From the IMG/VR virus record IMGVR_UViG_3300020430_000007: DNA of 64,000 bases, one strand, 5' to 3'. Both the position numbers and the translations under genes were made by a program. The notes beneath the pieces were generated by a model. The model saw only the letters and a list, made by a program, of their open reading frames with translations. It ran no database searches and was not told the origin of the DNA. Positions within the stretch are counted from its first letter, which is position 1. Each line of letters opens with the position of its first letter. Below, piece after piece: positions 50,126-58,521 of the stretch. This stretch comes from a virus.

Positions 50126-50512
50126 ATGTCAATTAAATCAACAATCGCTGCAGTAGCAGCATCTCCATTCTTATTCGCTGGTGCAGCTTTTGCTGGTCCG
50201 TACGTGAATATTGAGTCTAATCTTTCATATCCTGACGGAGATTATACAGGTGCCACAACAGATGTTCATTTTGGATACGAAGGTGTTTATAATGAAAAGT
50301 TAGGTTATTACATACAAGGCGGTCCTTCAATCAATCATAGTGAAGCAAGTGATACGACAGAGACAGAACTTTCTGGTAAGATCGGTGGTTCATATGCACT
50401 CTCTGAAGACACTGCACTTTATGCTGAGGTCTCAGGTCAAACTAATGAAGACGCAACTGGTGACGATGTTGTCAACTGGGGTGGAAAATTAGGAGTCAAG
50501 TTCCTATTCTAA
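50126..50512 (+). CDS. Exported, host-like small outer-membrane beta-barrel-type protein
   Basis: Signal peptide ending AFA-G, GPYVNIE, alternating beta strands, C-terminal KLGVKFLF with terminal Phe. Confidence 0.7.
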   Translation: MSIKSTIAAVAASPFLFAGAAFAGPYVNIESNLSYPDGDYTGATTDVHFGYEGVYNEKLGYYIQGGPSINHSEASDTTETELSGKIGGSYALSEDTALYAEVSGQTNEDATGDDVVNWGGKLGVKFLF

Positions 50513-50536
50513 ATACATCTGAGTTCGAGATGGATC

Positions 50537-50564
50537 AACCCCTTACATTGTAAGGGGTTTTTTT
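50537..50564 (+). terminator. Rho-independent terminator
   Basis: aaccccttac-att-gtaaggggtt followed by a T run. Confidence 0.85.
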
Positions 50565-50661
50565 ATGAAAGATAATTTATACTTATACACCTTATTAGTA
50601 TTTTTATTGTTTGTACGGTTATCTAGGTATTTTTACTACCACATAGTCTTTATATTTCCTA

Positions 50662-50698
50662 TATAATATTGTTACATAAATTTACAAAGTATTACATG
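50662..50698 (+). promoter_or_regulatory. -10 box plus HLR1 (RpaB-type) direct repeats at the hli promoter
   Basis: TATAAT (50662-67), then GTTACATA-aa-TTTACAAA-gt-ATTACATG. Confidence 0.65.
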
Positions 50699-50914
50699 AC
50701 TTCCTCAAAAACTCAAAAGTACACAACCACTGAGTCTGGTGGAAGACAAAACATGTTTCCAACAGATACTCGTCCTTATATTGACGAGTCAGTTTCATAT
50801 GCAGGATACCCTCAAAACGCTGAGAAGGTGAACGGACGTTGGGCAATGATAGGTTTTGTTGCACTACTAGGTGCATATGTAACAACTGGTCAAATTATAC
50901 CAGGTATCCTCTAA
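50696..50914 (+). CDS. hli: High-light-inducible protein
   Basis: TTESGGRQNMF N-terminus; AEKVNGRWAMIGF; TGQIIPG. Confidence 0.95.
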   Translation: MTSSKTQKYTTTESGGRQNMFPTDTRPYIDESVSYAGYPQNAEKVNGRWAMIGFVALLGAYVTTGQIIPGIL

Positions 50915-50959
50915 GACCAAGGTCTCTTACAATTCTACTCCTATTACAAATCTAAGAAC

Positions 50960-51067
50960 ATGACTCCAGAAGCAGAAAAATTTAATGGTTGGATGGCAAT
51001 GCTAGGCGTTGTAGCAGCAATCGGTGCATACGCAACAACAGGGCAAATCATACCAGGCATTTTCTAA
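50960..51067 (+). CDS. hli: High-light-inducible protein (35 aa)
   Basis: Read by hand: MTPEAEKFNGWMAMLGVVAAIGAYATTGQIIPGIF*. Confidence 0.93.
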   Translation: MTPEAEKFNGWMAMLGVVAAIGAYATTGQIIPGIF

Positions 51068-51180
51068 TGAACAACAACGATATTTTAGAAAAAGCAATCG
51101 GTAGACCAGCAATGTTAGGATTTATTATCCTATGTGGAACCTACCTCACAACAGGTCAACTCATTCCAGGCATAGTTTAA
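51067..51180 (+). CDS. hli: Divergent HLIP-like protein (37 aa)
   Basis: MNNNDILEKAIGRPAMLGFIILCGTYLTTGQLIPGIV*. Confidence 0.8.
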   Translation: MNNNDILEKAIGRPAMLGFIILCGTYLTTGQLIPGIV

Positions 51181-51181
51181 A

Positions 51182-51322
51182 ATGTATCCATCAAACGCAA
51201 AAGAAGTCGAAAGACAAAAAGTAGTTGCTGAGAAATTAAATGGCAGATTCGCCATGCTCGGCATCATTGCAGCACTAGGTGCTTACTTTACTACAGGACA
51301 AATCATACCTGGTTTCGTATGA
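51182..51322 (+). CDS. hli: High-light-inducible protein (46 aa)
   Basis: Read by hand: ...AEKLNGRFAMLGIIAALGAYFTTGQIIPGFV*. Confidence 0.93.
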   Translation: MYPSNAKEVERQKVVAEKLNGRFAMLGIIAALGAYFTTGQIIPGFV

Positions 51323-51474
51323 ACGGGTATGAAATAACTCCATCACTAGCAATCCTATGGTGTTTTTTCCCCATAGGATTGTTCGTTTTCATCGAATTAT
51401 TCTTAGATAAATCTGATGATGACGATGATGATGAGGGTGGAGGAGTAATGTCACCAGTTTACCAAGGAATTTAA
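51319..51474 (+). CDS. Small single-TM protein with acidic tail (51 aa)
   Basis: MNGYEITPSLAILWCFFPIGLFVFIELFLDKSDDDDDDEGGGVMSPVYQGI*; ATGA overlap with hli. Confidence 0.75.
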   Translation: MNGYEITPSLAILWCFFPIGLFVFIELFLDKSDDDDDDEGGGVMSPVYQGI

Positions 51475-51476
51475 AA

Positions 51477-51551
51477 ATGCAACATCTAGTATTTACAACA
51501 CTTATCGCAGCGTACATCTTCACCAACATTGGTTCGATAGCATACGCATAA
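51477..51551 (+). CDS. Hydrophobic micropeptide (24 aa)
   Basis: MQHLVFTTLIAAYIFTNIGSIAYA*; starts 2 nt after the previous stop. Confidence 0.5.
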   Translation: MQHLVFTTLIAAYIFTNIGSIAYA

Positions 51552-51592
51552 CATTTTAGGTCTTTATACTTTTATCCCTCAATCTAAAAAGC

Positions 51593-51688
51593 ATGAAAAA
51601 ATTATTTTATAGTCCATACTACCCATTGATGGAGTTTGGATTTTTTGTTGTTATAGGAACAGCAGCAGGCATGGCAGGTTTGATATGA
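51593..51688 (+). CDS. Hydrophobic micropeptide (31 aa)
   Basis: MKKLFYSPYYPLMEFGFFVVIGTAAGMAGLI*. Confidence 0.55.
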   Translation: MKKLFYSPYYPLMEFGFFVVIGTAAGMAGLI

Positions 51689-51765
51689 AACCTTTTCCAT
51701 TTAAATATGTTCCATATTGGTTCATCACATCTATGATTCTTGCAACATTGCAAAGCATTGGTTAG
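51685..51765 (+). CDS. Hydrophobic micropeptide (26 aa)
   Basis: MKPFPFKYVPYWFITSMILATLQSIG*; ATGA overlap. Confidence 0.45.
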   Translation: MKPFPFKYVPYWFITSMILATLQSIG

Positions 51766-51776
51766 TATGCTATACT
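51748..51776 (+). promoter_or_regulatory. sigma70-type promoter (TTGCAA-17-TATACT, extended TG) for the replication operon
   Basis: Direct motif match upstream of 51799. Confidence 0.6.
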
Positions 51777-51798
51777 AATATTGATCTAACCTACATGT

Positions 51799-52110
51799 AT
51801 GAAGTACCGTGAAAAAGAGATTTTAGATGAAATCTCTGAATATATAAGCAATACTTACAGAGGGCATTACAGCAGTGGAGGAGTTCAAACTCTAGATCTC
51901 ATAGACTCTGTTGGAGATGCCGAAGCATTCTGTAGAAGTAACATACTGAAGTATGCCTCAAGATATGACAGAAAGGGCACAGCACGAAAGGATATCATCA
52001 AGATAATCCATTATGCTGTGCTCTTGCTTCATTTTAATGATAAACAAGAAAAAGCATCTACCATCTATAACAATCAACCATCTGCATTTACTGTAGATTA
52101 TGACAAGTAA
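51799..52110 (+). CDS. Conserved hypothetical protein (DUF3310-like)
   Basis: TYRGHY, FCRSNILKYASRYDRKG...DIIKIIHYA. Confidence 0.75.
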   Translation: MKYREKEILDEISEYISNTYRGHYSSGGVQTLDLIDSVGDAEAFCRSNILKYASRYDRKGTARKDIIKIIHYAVLLLHFNDKQEKASTIYNNQPSAFTVDYDK

Positions 52111-52807
52111 CTTTACAATGAAACTGCGACCTGCTATGAAATTATCTGATAAAACTTTAGAAATTCTCAAGAACTTTACGACCATCAATCAATCACTGTC
52201 TTTTAGAGAAGGCAGAAAGTTACGTACAATTTCTGTTATGAAAAATGTATTAGCAGAAACAGAAATTGAAGAGTTCATTCCTAAAGATTTTGCAATATAT
52301 GATTTACCGCAATTCTTAAATACATTATCTTTGTACAAAGACGCTGACATAGATGTATCATCTAATCCTAATTTTGCACATATAAAATCAGGGACACATC
52401 AAATGTCTAAGTACTTCTTTTCTGATCCTAGTGTAATCATTGCACCACCAGAAAAAGAAATGACTCTTCCTAGTGAAGAGGTTACATTCAATTTGAATGA
52501 AGAACAATTGACAAAAATTATGAAGTCCGCCTCGGTTCTTGGTTTACCTGATTTATCAGTTGTTGGATCAGAGGGTGTTACTAAGTTAGTTGTCAATGAT
52601 CGTAAGAATGATACTTCTAATGAATTTGCTATTGTTGTCAGTCAAACTGATAAAAATTTCTCATTCAATTTCAAAATTGAAAATATAAAATTAGTTTCTG
52701 GTAGTTATAAGGTTTCTATTAGTAAGAAAAATTTAGCAAAGTTTTATAATCCAGATTATAAACTTACATACTTTATTGCATTAGAACCCGACTCAACATA
52801 TGGATGA
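52100..52807 (+). CDS. gp45: Sliding clamp gp45 (true start may be 52118 or 52136)
   Basis: MKLSDKTLEILKNFTTINQS, FAIYDLPQFL, YFIALEPDS. Confidence 0.95.
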   Translation: MTSNFTMKLRPAMKLSDKTLEILKNFTTINQSLSFREGRKLRTISVMKNVLAETEIEEFIPKDFAIYDLPQFLNTLSLYKDADIDVSSNPNFAHIKSGTHQMSKYFFSDPSVIIAPPEKEMTLPSEEVTFNLNEEQLTKIMKSASVLGLPDLSVVGSEGVTKLVVNDRKNDTSNEFAIVVSQTDKNFSFNFKIENIKLVSGSYKVSISKKNLAKFYNPDYKLTYFIALEPDSTYG

Positions 52808-52931
52808 AGAAAAGAAACCTAAAGTACGTATCAATAAGGATGTGCTTGCAGATGTGATGAAAAAATATAAGAAGATAAAAAAATACCAAAAATCAAATCT
52901 TTTCCAGATAAAAAAACTAGATCATGAGTGA
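52800..52931 (+). CDS. Small basic hypothetical protein (43 aa)
   Basis: Read by hand: MDEEKKPKVRINKDVLADVMKKYKKIKKYQKSNLFQIKKLDHE*; fills the gp45-gp44 gap. Confidence 0.6.
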   Translation: MDEEKKPKVRINKDVLADVMKKYKKIKKYQKSNLFQIKKLDHE

Positions 52932-53865
52932 TTTTATATGGGTTGAAAAATATAGACCCAAAATTATTGACGATTGTATTCTTCCTGATCGTATCAAAAA
53001 TACGTTTAAAAATTTTCTAAATACTGGCGAGATTCCTAATCTTTTATTGTCAGGTCCACCTGGCATTGGTAAGACTACAGTTGCAAAGGCACTGTGCACA
53101 CAATTAAAAACTGATTTTTATGTTATCAATGGTTCTGATGAGGGTAGGTTCTTGGATACGGTTCGTAACCAAGCAAAAAACTTCGCATCAACAGTCTCTC
53201 TCACGAGCGAATCAAAACATAAAGTCATCATTATTGACGAAGCGGACAACACAACCTCTGACGTACAGCTCCTTCTTAGAGCAAACATTGAAGCGTTCTA
53301 TAAAAACTGTAGATTTATCTTCACCTGCAACTATAAGAACAAAATCATCGAACCTCTCCATAGCAGGTGTTCTGTTATTGACTTTAGTATTGGTAGACAT
53401 GATAAACCATCAATCGCAGCACAATTTTTTAAAAGAATAAATGATATCCTTTTAGCAGAGAATGTAAAAGGTGATAAAAAGGTTATAGCAGAACTTATAA
53501 GTAAATATTTTCCTGATTGGAGAAGAGTTTTGAATGAGTGTCAAAGATATTCTGTGGGAGGAGAAATAGATGTTGGTATACTTGCTAATTTAGACAATGT
53601 AAATATAAAAGAACTTACAGATTATCTAAAAGCAAAAGAGTTTCCAAATGTCAGGAAATGGATAGTTCAAAACCTAGATAACGATACTAATGTTATACTA
53701 AGAAAGATTTACGATTCAGTATATGAATACATGAAACCTAAATCTATACCAGAGGCAGTATTGATTATTGCAAAATATCAATATCAATCTGCTTTTGCTG
53801 CTGATCAAGAAATAAATTTATTGGCAGCTCTTACAGAAATTATGTGCAATTGCGAATTCAAATGA
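52924..53865 (+). CDS. gp44: Clamp loader large subunit gp44
   Basis: WVEKYRP, GPPGIGKTT, IIDEAD, LHSRC. Confidence 0.96.
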   Translation: MSDFIWVEKYRPKIIDDCILPDRIKNTFKNFLNTGEIPNLLLSGPPGIGKTTVAKALCTQLKTDFYVINGSDEGRFLDTVRNQAKNFASTVSLTSESKHKVIIIDEADNTTSDVQLLLRANIEAFYKNCRFIFTCNYKNKIIEPLHSRCSVIDFSIGRHDKPSIAAQFFKRINDILLAENVKGDKKVIAELISKYFPDWRRVLNECQRYSVGGEIDVGILANLDNVNIKELTDYLKAKEFPNVRKWIVQNLDNDTNVILRKIYDSVYEYMKPKSIPEAVLIIAKYQYQSAFAADQEINLLAALTEIMCNCEFK

Positions 53866-54758
53866 AATGTTTAGTAACAGGTGGAGCAGGATTTATTGGT
53901 TCCCACATAGTAGGCAAATTATTACAGAACAACCATGAGGTTGTTGTTATAGATAATGAGTCTGCTGAATCAAACGATTCTTTTAATTGGTACGATGATC
54001 ACGCTCAAAATCATATTGTCGATATACGAGACTTCGATTCTTGCCGTCCTTTGTTTGACGGTGTTGAGTATGTTTTTCACTTAGCAGCACATAGTAGAAT
54101 ACAAGTTGCTATGGAGAATCCTAGGGAATGTTTGGAAACAAACTACCTAGGCACATACAACATGTTAGAATGTGCAAGGCAAGTAGGTGCTCGTAGATTT
54201 ATAAATTCTTCCACATCATCTTCTTATGGTTTGACAAACAAACCACCCTTACAAGAAGATATGGCACCTGATTGCCTAAACCCTTACTCCGCAAGTAAAG
54301 TAGGAGCTGAATCTTTATGTCAGATGTATTTCAAATTGCATGGACTGAGAACTATAACACTGAGATACTTCAATGTTTACGGTCCTCGTCAACCACTAAA
54401 AGGACAGTATGCACCAGTAATAGGACTGTTCGAGGAGCAAGCAAAACGTGGAGAACCATTGACCATAGTTGGTGATGGTGAACAGCGTAGAGATTTTACA
54501 CACGTAAATGATGTGGTAGAAGCAAACATAAATGCTATGATGACAAACTATTCTGGAATAGTTGTAAATATTGGCACTGGTGTAAATTATTCTGTCAATG
54601 AAGTTGCGTCGTTTATATCTAACAATACTGTAAACATTCCTGAACGATTAGGTGAAGCAAGAGAAACTCTTGCTAATATAGACAGAGCAAATACTTTGTT
54701 ATCATGGCAACCTCAAATTACATTGGAGGATTATTTTGATACCAATACCCTTATTTGA
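53862..54758 (+). CDS. NAD-dependent nucleotide-sugar epimerase/dehydratase
   Basis: VTGGAGFIG, YSASK (YxxxK), RYFNVYGP, RDFTHV. Confidence 0.93.
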   Translation: MKCLVTGGAGFIGSHIVGKLLQNNHEVVVIDNESAESNDSFNWYDDHAQNHIVDIRDFDSCRPLFDGVEYVFHLAAHSRIQVAMENPRECLETNYLGTYNMLECARQVGARRFINSSTSSSYGLTNKPPLQEDMAPDCLNPYSASKVGAESLCQMYFKLHGLRTITLRYFNVYGPRQPLKGQYAPVIGLFEEQAKRGEPLTIVGDGEQRRDFTHVNDVVEANINAMMTNYSGIVVNIGTGVNYSVNEVASFISNNTVNIPERLGEARETLANIDRANTLLSWQPQITLEDYFDTNTLI

Positions 54759-54820
54759 ATCACTTGTATTGATTATTGCGATAGTGTGGTTAAACCTTTT
54801 ATTATCACAACTTGGTTATT

Positions 54821-55657
54821 ATGATTTCTCAGAAAATTCTAAAAACTCCACTAAGATATCCAGGCGGAAAAAGCAGGGCAATCACAAAGATTAGTCAATT
54901 CTTTCCCGATTTGACTAATTTTGAAGATTATAGAGAACCATTTCTAGGAGGTGGTTCTGTTGCATTGTGGGTAACTAAACAATTTCCTCATTTAAATATT
55001 TGGGTCAATGATTTATACGAACCATTGTATAATTTTTGGTCAATGTTGCAGACAAATAGTGATGAAATGACCGATAGTCTGAAAAATTATAAAACTACAC
55101 ATCCAAATCCAGACACAGCAAAAGAATTATTTGAAGAGTGTAAGTTTAAAGTTGCAGATAAGAACACAGATAACTTGAATAGAGCAATTGCTTTCTATAT
55201 TATCAATAAATGTAGTTTTTCTGGTCTATCAGAGGCATCATCCTTCTCAAAACAGGCAAGTGACTCTAATTTTTCGATGAGAGGTATCGAAAGATTGCCA
55301 GAATACTCAGAAATTATAAGAAATTGGAGAATAACTAACGTATCATATGAGTTTTTGTTAGGTGGTCAAGACACATTCATCTATCTTGACCCTCCATATG
55401 AGATAGGATCAAATTTATATGGTAAGAAGGGAGGTATGCATAAGTATTTTCACCATACAAACTTCTCAAGAACATGTTGTGAAGCAAAACATCACATGTG
55501 TGTCAGTTATAATTCTTCAAACCTAAACAAACTTAGATTTCATGATTGGAAGGCAGTAGAATATAATCATACATATACCATGAGATCTACTGCCACATAT
55601 ACTAAGGCACAAAAAAACAGAAAAGAATTGGTTTTATTGAATTATACAATTGAATAA
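54821..55657 (+). CDS. dam: DNA adenine methyltransferase (Dam/D12 class)
   Basis: TPLRYPGGKS, EPFLGGGSV, YLDPPY. Confidence 0.9.
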   Translation: MISQKILKTPLRYPGGKSRAITKISQFFPDLTNFEDYREPFLGGGSVALWVTKQFPHLNIWVNDLYEPLYNFWSMLQTNSDEMTDSLKNYKTTHPNPDTAKELFEECKFKVADKNTDNLNRAIAFYIINKCSFSGLSEASSFSKQASDSNFSMRGIERLPEYSEIIRNWRITNVSYEFLLGGQDTFIYLDPPYEIGSNLYGKKGGMHKYFHHTNFSRTCCEAKHHMCVSYNSSNLNKLRFHDWKAVEYNHTYTMRSTATYTKAQKNRKELVLLNYTIE

Positions 55658-55659
55658 CT

Positions 55660-55812
55660 ATGGATGAACCACCTGATTTATATGATGACATGCGTCAACT
55701 CAACACTCTTTATGAGGAGTTATGTTGGCCTCACGATGTTCCTTTAGAATTTTTACCTGATTATGAAAACAACAGAATCATCATCCGACCAATTAAAAAA
55801 ATGGATACTTGA
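55660..55812 (+). CDS. Small conserved cyanophage protein (50 aa)
   Basis: Read by hand: MDEPPDLYDDMRQLNTLYEELCWPHDVPLEF...*. Confidence 0.65.
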   Translation: MDEPPDLYDDMRQLNTLYEELCWPHDVPLEFLPDYENNRIIIRPIKKMDT

Positions 55813-56242
55813 TTTTTTAAGCAAACCAAATCCTGCGTTTGACAATTTACCACCATGTCCCTACGCAAAAAAAGCATGGGTAGATGGTCACGTTAAGATT
55901 AAACAATTTGAGAATTTTGATAAGTTAGATCAAGATCTAATTAGTTTTCCATATAACACAGATGAAGTCATAATATATTACTTCAATGGCACTGCTTTAC
56001 CAACAAGTGATGATTTAGAAAAAATTGCGGAAAAATATAATAAGAGGTATCGACATTTATTGTTTTATGATGAGCATCCTGACTCAATTGAAAATGTTGA
56101 TGGTGTTCAATTAAATAGTGGTGTTTGTGCACTTATCGTTCAAGACAGAAAAGATTTATTAGAGAAAAGAAAAGAACTAATGAAGACAAATTACTATGAC
56201 AATTGGACAACGGAGATGAAGAATCGTATAATAGAAAGATAA
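55763..56242 (+). CDS. Hypothetical protein
   Basis: 159 aa; PPCPYAKKAW...DEHP...YYDNW. Confidence 0.65.
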   Translation: MKTTESSSDQLKKWILDFLSKPNPAFDNLPPCPYAKKAWVDGHVKIKQFENFDKLDQDLISFPYNTDEVIIYYFNGTALPTSDDLEKIAEKYNKRYRHLLFYDEHPDSIENVDGVQLNSGVCALIVQDRKDLLEKRKELMKTNYYDNWTTEMKNRIIER

Positions 56243-56243
56243 T

Positions 56244-56444
56244 ATGAGAAAAATTTGGAGAATATGGGCAAAAGCACTTGGAGATAAATCTGGTAATAAT
56301 GATAGAGAAGCAGATTTTGTTGCTCTTATCAGAACTTTTATTTTTCTTCAACTTATAATTACAAATTGTTTTATTGTTGGTGGTAACATCCGACATTGGA
56401 ATGATCATCATATTCCACCCTCCTATACTATTGCCAATGACTGA
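56244..56444 (+). CDS. Conserved small phage protein
   Basis: WRIWAKALG.K...READ.VALIRT...GNIRHW. Confidence 0.7.
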   Translation: MRKIWRIWAKALGDKSGNNDREADFVALIRTFIFLQLIITNCFIVGGNIRHWNDHHIPPSYTIAND

Positions 56445-56820
56445 ACTTAAGGATTGGTTGAACTCCATAAACCAAACTAAAAAAAATTTGATTGATGAAG
56501 ATCATCTTTTAGAATCAAAATATTTACCTTACATTATTAATAGATGTATGTCTGGTCATTTTGATTGTGTCATGTATGCTAATGAGATGAACATAAATCC
56601 TAACCTAGATAAGAAGTTACAATATGATTTTTATCTAAATACTCTCAGGTCTAAGAAAAGATTCTCTCCTTGGTTGAAAAAAGAAGAATTAAAGAATCTT
56701 GAGATAATTAAATCATACTATGGATATAGTAATGAGAAAGCAAAACAAGTTCTTTCACTTCTAACCGAAGAACAGATTACATTTATTAGAAGAAAACTTG
56801 AAACTGGAGGATTGAGATGA
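56437..56820 (+). CDS. gp62: Clamp loader small subunit gp62
   Basis: ELKDWLNSIN, YLPYIINRC, RSKKRFSPWLKK, YYGYSNEKA. Confidence 0.93.
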   Translation: MTELKDWLNSINQTKKNLIDEDHLLESKYLPYIINRCMSGHFDCVMYANEMNINPNLDKKLQYDFYLNTLRSKKRFSPWLKKEELKNLEIIKSYYGYSNEKAKQVLSLLTEEQITFIRRKLETGGLR

Positions 56821-57245
56821 ATGGGATTGAACCTGAATACTTGTGGTCACCTGAGAGAATGGTGGAGATATCACTAGGTGAACCAGACGACTTCTTAAAA
56901 GTTAGAGAAACTTTAACAAGAATTGGTGTAGCATCTAGAAAAGAAAAAAAGTTATATCAATCATGCCACATATTGCATAAACAAGGAAAATATTTTATTG
57001 TTCATTTCAAGGAATTATTTGCACTTGATGGTAAGAAAGCAAACCTGAGTATCAATGATGTTCAAAGAAGAAATAGAATTATTCAATTACTTTCTGATTG
57101 GGGATTAGTTTCCTTAAAAGATGTAAATCTAATAAGTGAAATAGCACCACTAAATCAAATAAAAGTAATAAGTTATAAAGAAAAAGGAAGTTGGATTTTG
57201 GAAACAAAATATAACATTGGTAAGAAGAAAGCACCTGAGGATTGA
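56817..57245 (+). CDS. regA: Translational repressor RegA
   Basis: DDFLKVRETLTRIGVAS, LYQSCHILHKQG.YFIVHFKELF. Confidence 0.97.
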   Translation: MNGIEPEYLWSPERMVEISLGEPDDFLKVRETLTRIGVASRKEKKLYQSCHILHKQGKYFIVHFKELFALDGKKANLSINDVQRRNRIIQLLSDWGLVSLKDVNLISEIAPLNQIKVISYKEKGSWILETKYNIGKKKAPED

Positions 57246-57991
57246 CATACTCTCGTAAAATTATTGATGGAAAGGGTGACAATGTTGTGTATACTCTAAC
57301 TCTGCGAAAAGAAATTCTTTTTGCTGATGGATTGGATCAGCATGATAAGTATGAAGATCTAAAACGTTTGCAACAAGAAAATTTTAATAGAGTAAAGATC
57401 CCCAAGTTTACTTTGAAGTGGGATGGTAACTCATTGATATATGAATCAGAATTTATCAACGGTGATTTTGTTACAAGCATCCAAGATTATAATATTCTAT
57501 ACGAAGATATAGTTCTAAGAGATTCTGATTATTCTTTTATAGGTTCTAATCGTAAGAATTTTATAAAAGATTATCGTGGTGACATATACGCTGTTGATTT
57601 GGATGAGTATGGTTTATATCCATATGAGGTTAGGAAAAAGAAGTGGGATAATGCATTGAAATATTATGCATGTATACTAGAACACTATAGAGGTGCTAAT
57701 CAATTACAGGTGGAGATATATGGTGATGGTCAATGTCAAACTAAACTAAAACAAGTTATTGAAACTATGTTTAGTGCAGATATAAAAGAACTACCTGGTG
57801 ATTTTGCATGTGTGATTGATGGTAAGCGTCTTAGTACATTGCAAGAAGCATTAGATTATTTGAGAGATTTATATTCTGAGATTAGGATTCAAATGAAGTT
57901 AGATGCTGGTAAGTCTGACCACCATCACTACAATGCTGGTAAGGAATCCTCCTTATTTGATAGAAACAACCGAACCCTATCTATAGGATAA
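57242..57991 (+). CDS. Hypothetical protein, possibly degenerate kinase-like fold
   Basis: TTG start overlapping the regA stop; YESEFING, NFI and IYAVDLD motifs. Confidence 0.5.
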   Translation: MTYSRKIIDGKGDNVVYTLTLRKEILFADGLDQHDKYEDLKRLQQENFNRVKIPKFTLKWDGNSLIYESEFINGDFVTSIQDYNILYEDIVLRDSDYSFIGSNRKNFIKDYRGDIYAVDLDEYGLYPYEVRKKKWDNALKYYACILEHYRGANQLQVEIYGDGQCQTKLKQVIETMFSADIKELPGDFACVIDGKRLSTLQEALDYLRDLYSEIRIQMKLDAGKSDHHHYNAGKESSLFDRNNRTLSIG

Positions 57992-58053
57992 TATTGTATA
58001 ATTAGTAGTGTCGCCTACGGGGACATTACAAATAGACGCTCAAGGAGGTCACT

Positions 58054-58494
58054 ATGTTTAACGATGCAAACGCTATTACTTTGACTGTGCCTGATACTCA
58101 GGATTATTTGTCAAAGATAAGAAGAAATATGATCGGGTTTGATGATTGGTTCACAACCTTTGATCAGCATTTTGCAAGCACAAATAACTACCCACCCTAT
58201 AATACAATAAAGGTTTCTAATCATGAGTACAGGGTTGAGGTTGCACTTGCAGGATTTAAGAAAGAAGATTTAAAAGTATACACTCAAGAGGGAAGACTTG
58301 TTATTGAAGGCAAGAAAGGTAATGGTGTAGAAAAAGATTACGTTCATAAGGGACTGGCACAACGTGCATTCACACGTCAGTGGTCATTACCAGATGAACT
58401 TGAAGTAAAGAATGTAAAATTTGAAGATGGACTCTTATTGATTGATATTGAAAAAATTATTCCTGATGCACAACAACGAAAAGATTGGATCTAA
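58054..58494 (+). CDS. hsp20: Small heat-shock protein Hsp20
   Basis: NYPPYN, EVALAGF, HKGLAQRAFTR, FEDGLLLI; strong AAGGAGG RBS. Confidence 0.95.
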   Translation: MFNDANAITLTVPDTQDYLSKIRRNMIGFDDWFTTFDQHFASTNNYPPYNTIKVSNHEYRVEVALAGFKKEDLKVYTQEGRLVIEGKKGNGVEKDYVHKGLAQRAFTRQWSLPDELEVKNVKFEDGLLLIDIEKIIPDAQQRKDWI

Positions 58495-58521
58495 ATATAA
58501 TGTAGACTTGGTGATAGTTCG

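Noticed and set aside
50565-50666. 33-codon hydrophobic ORF after the OMP terminator
   Set aside because: It starts inside the terminator T tract, has no RBS and overlaps the hli promoter; probably chance in AT-rich DNA.
50989-51180. 63-aa ORF in the track
   Set aside because: Its N-terminal half is an off-frame reading of the 35-aa hli gene; the real gene starts at 51067.
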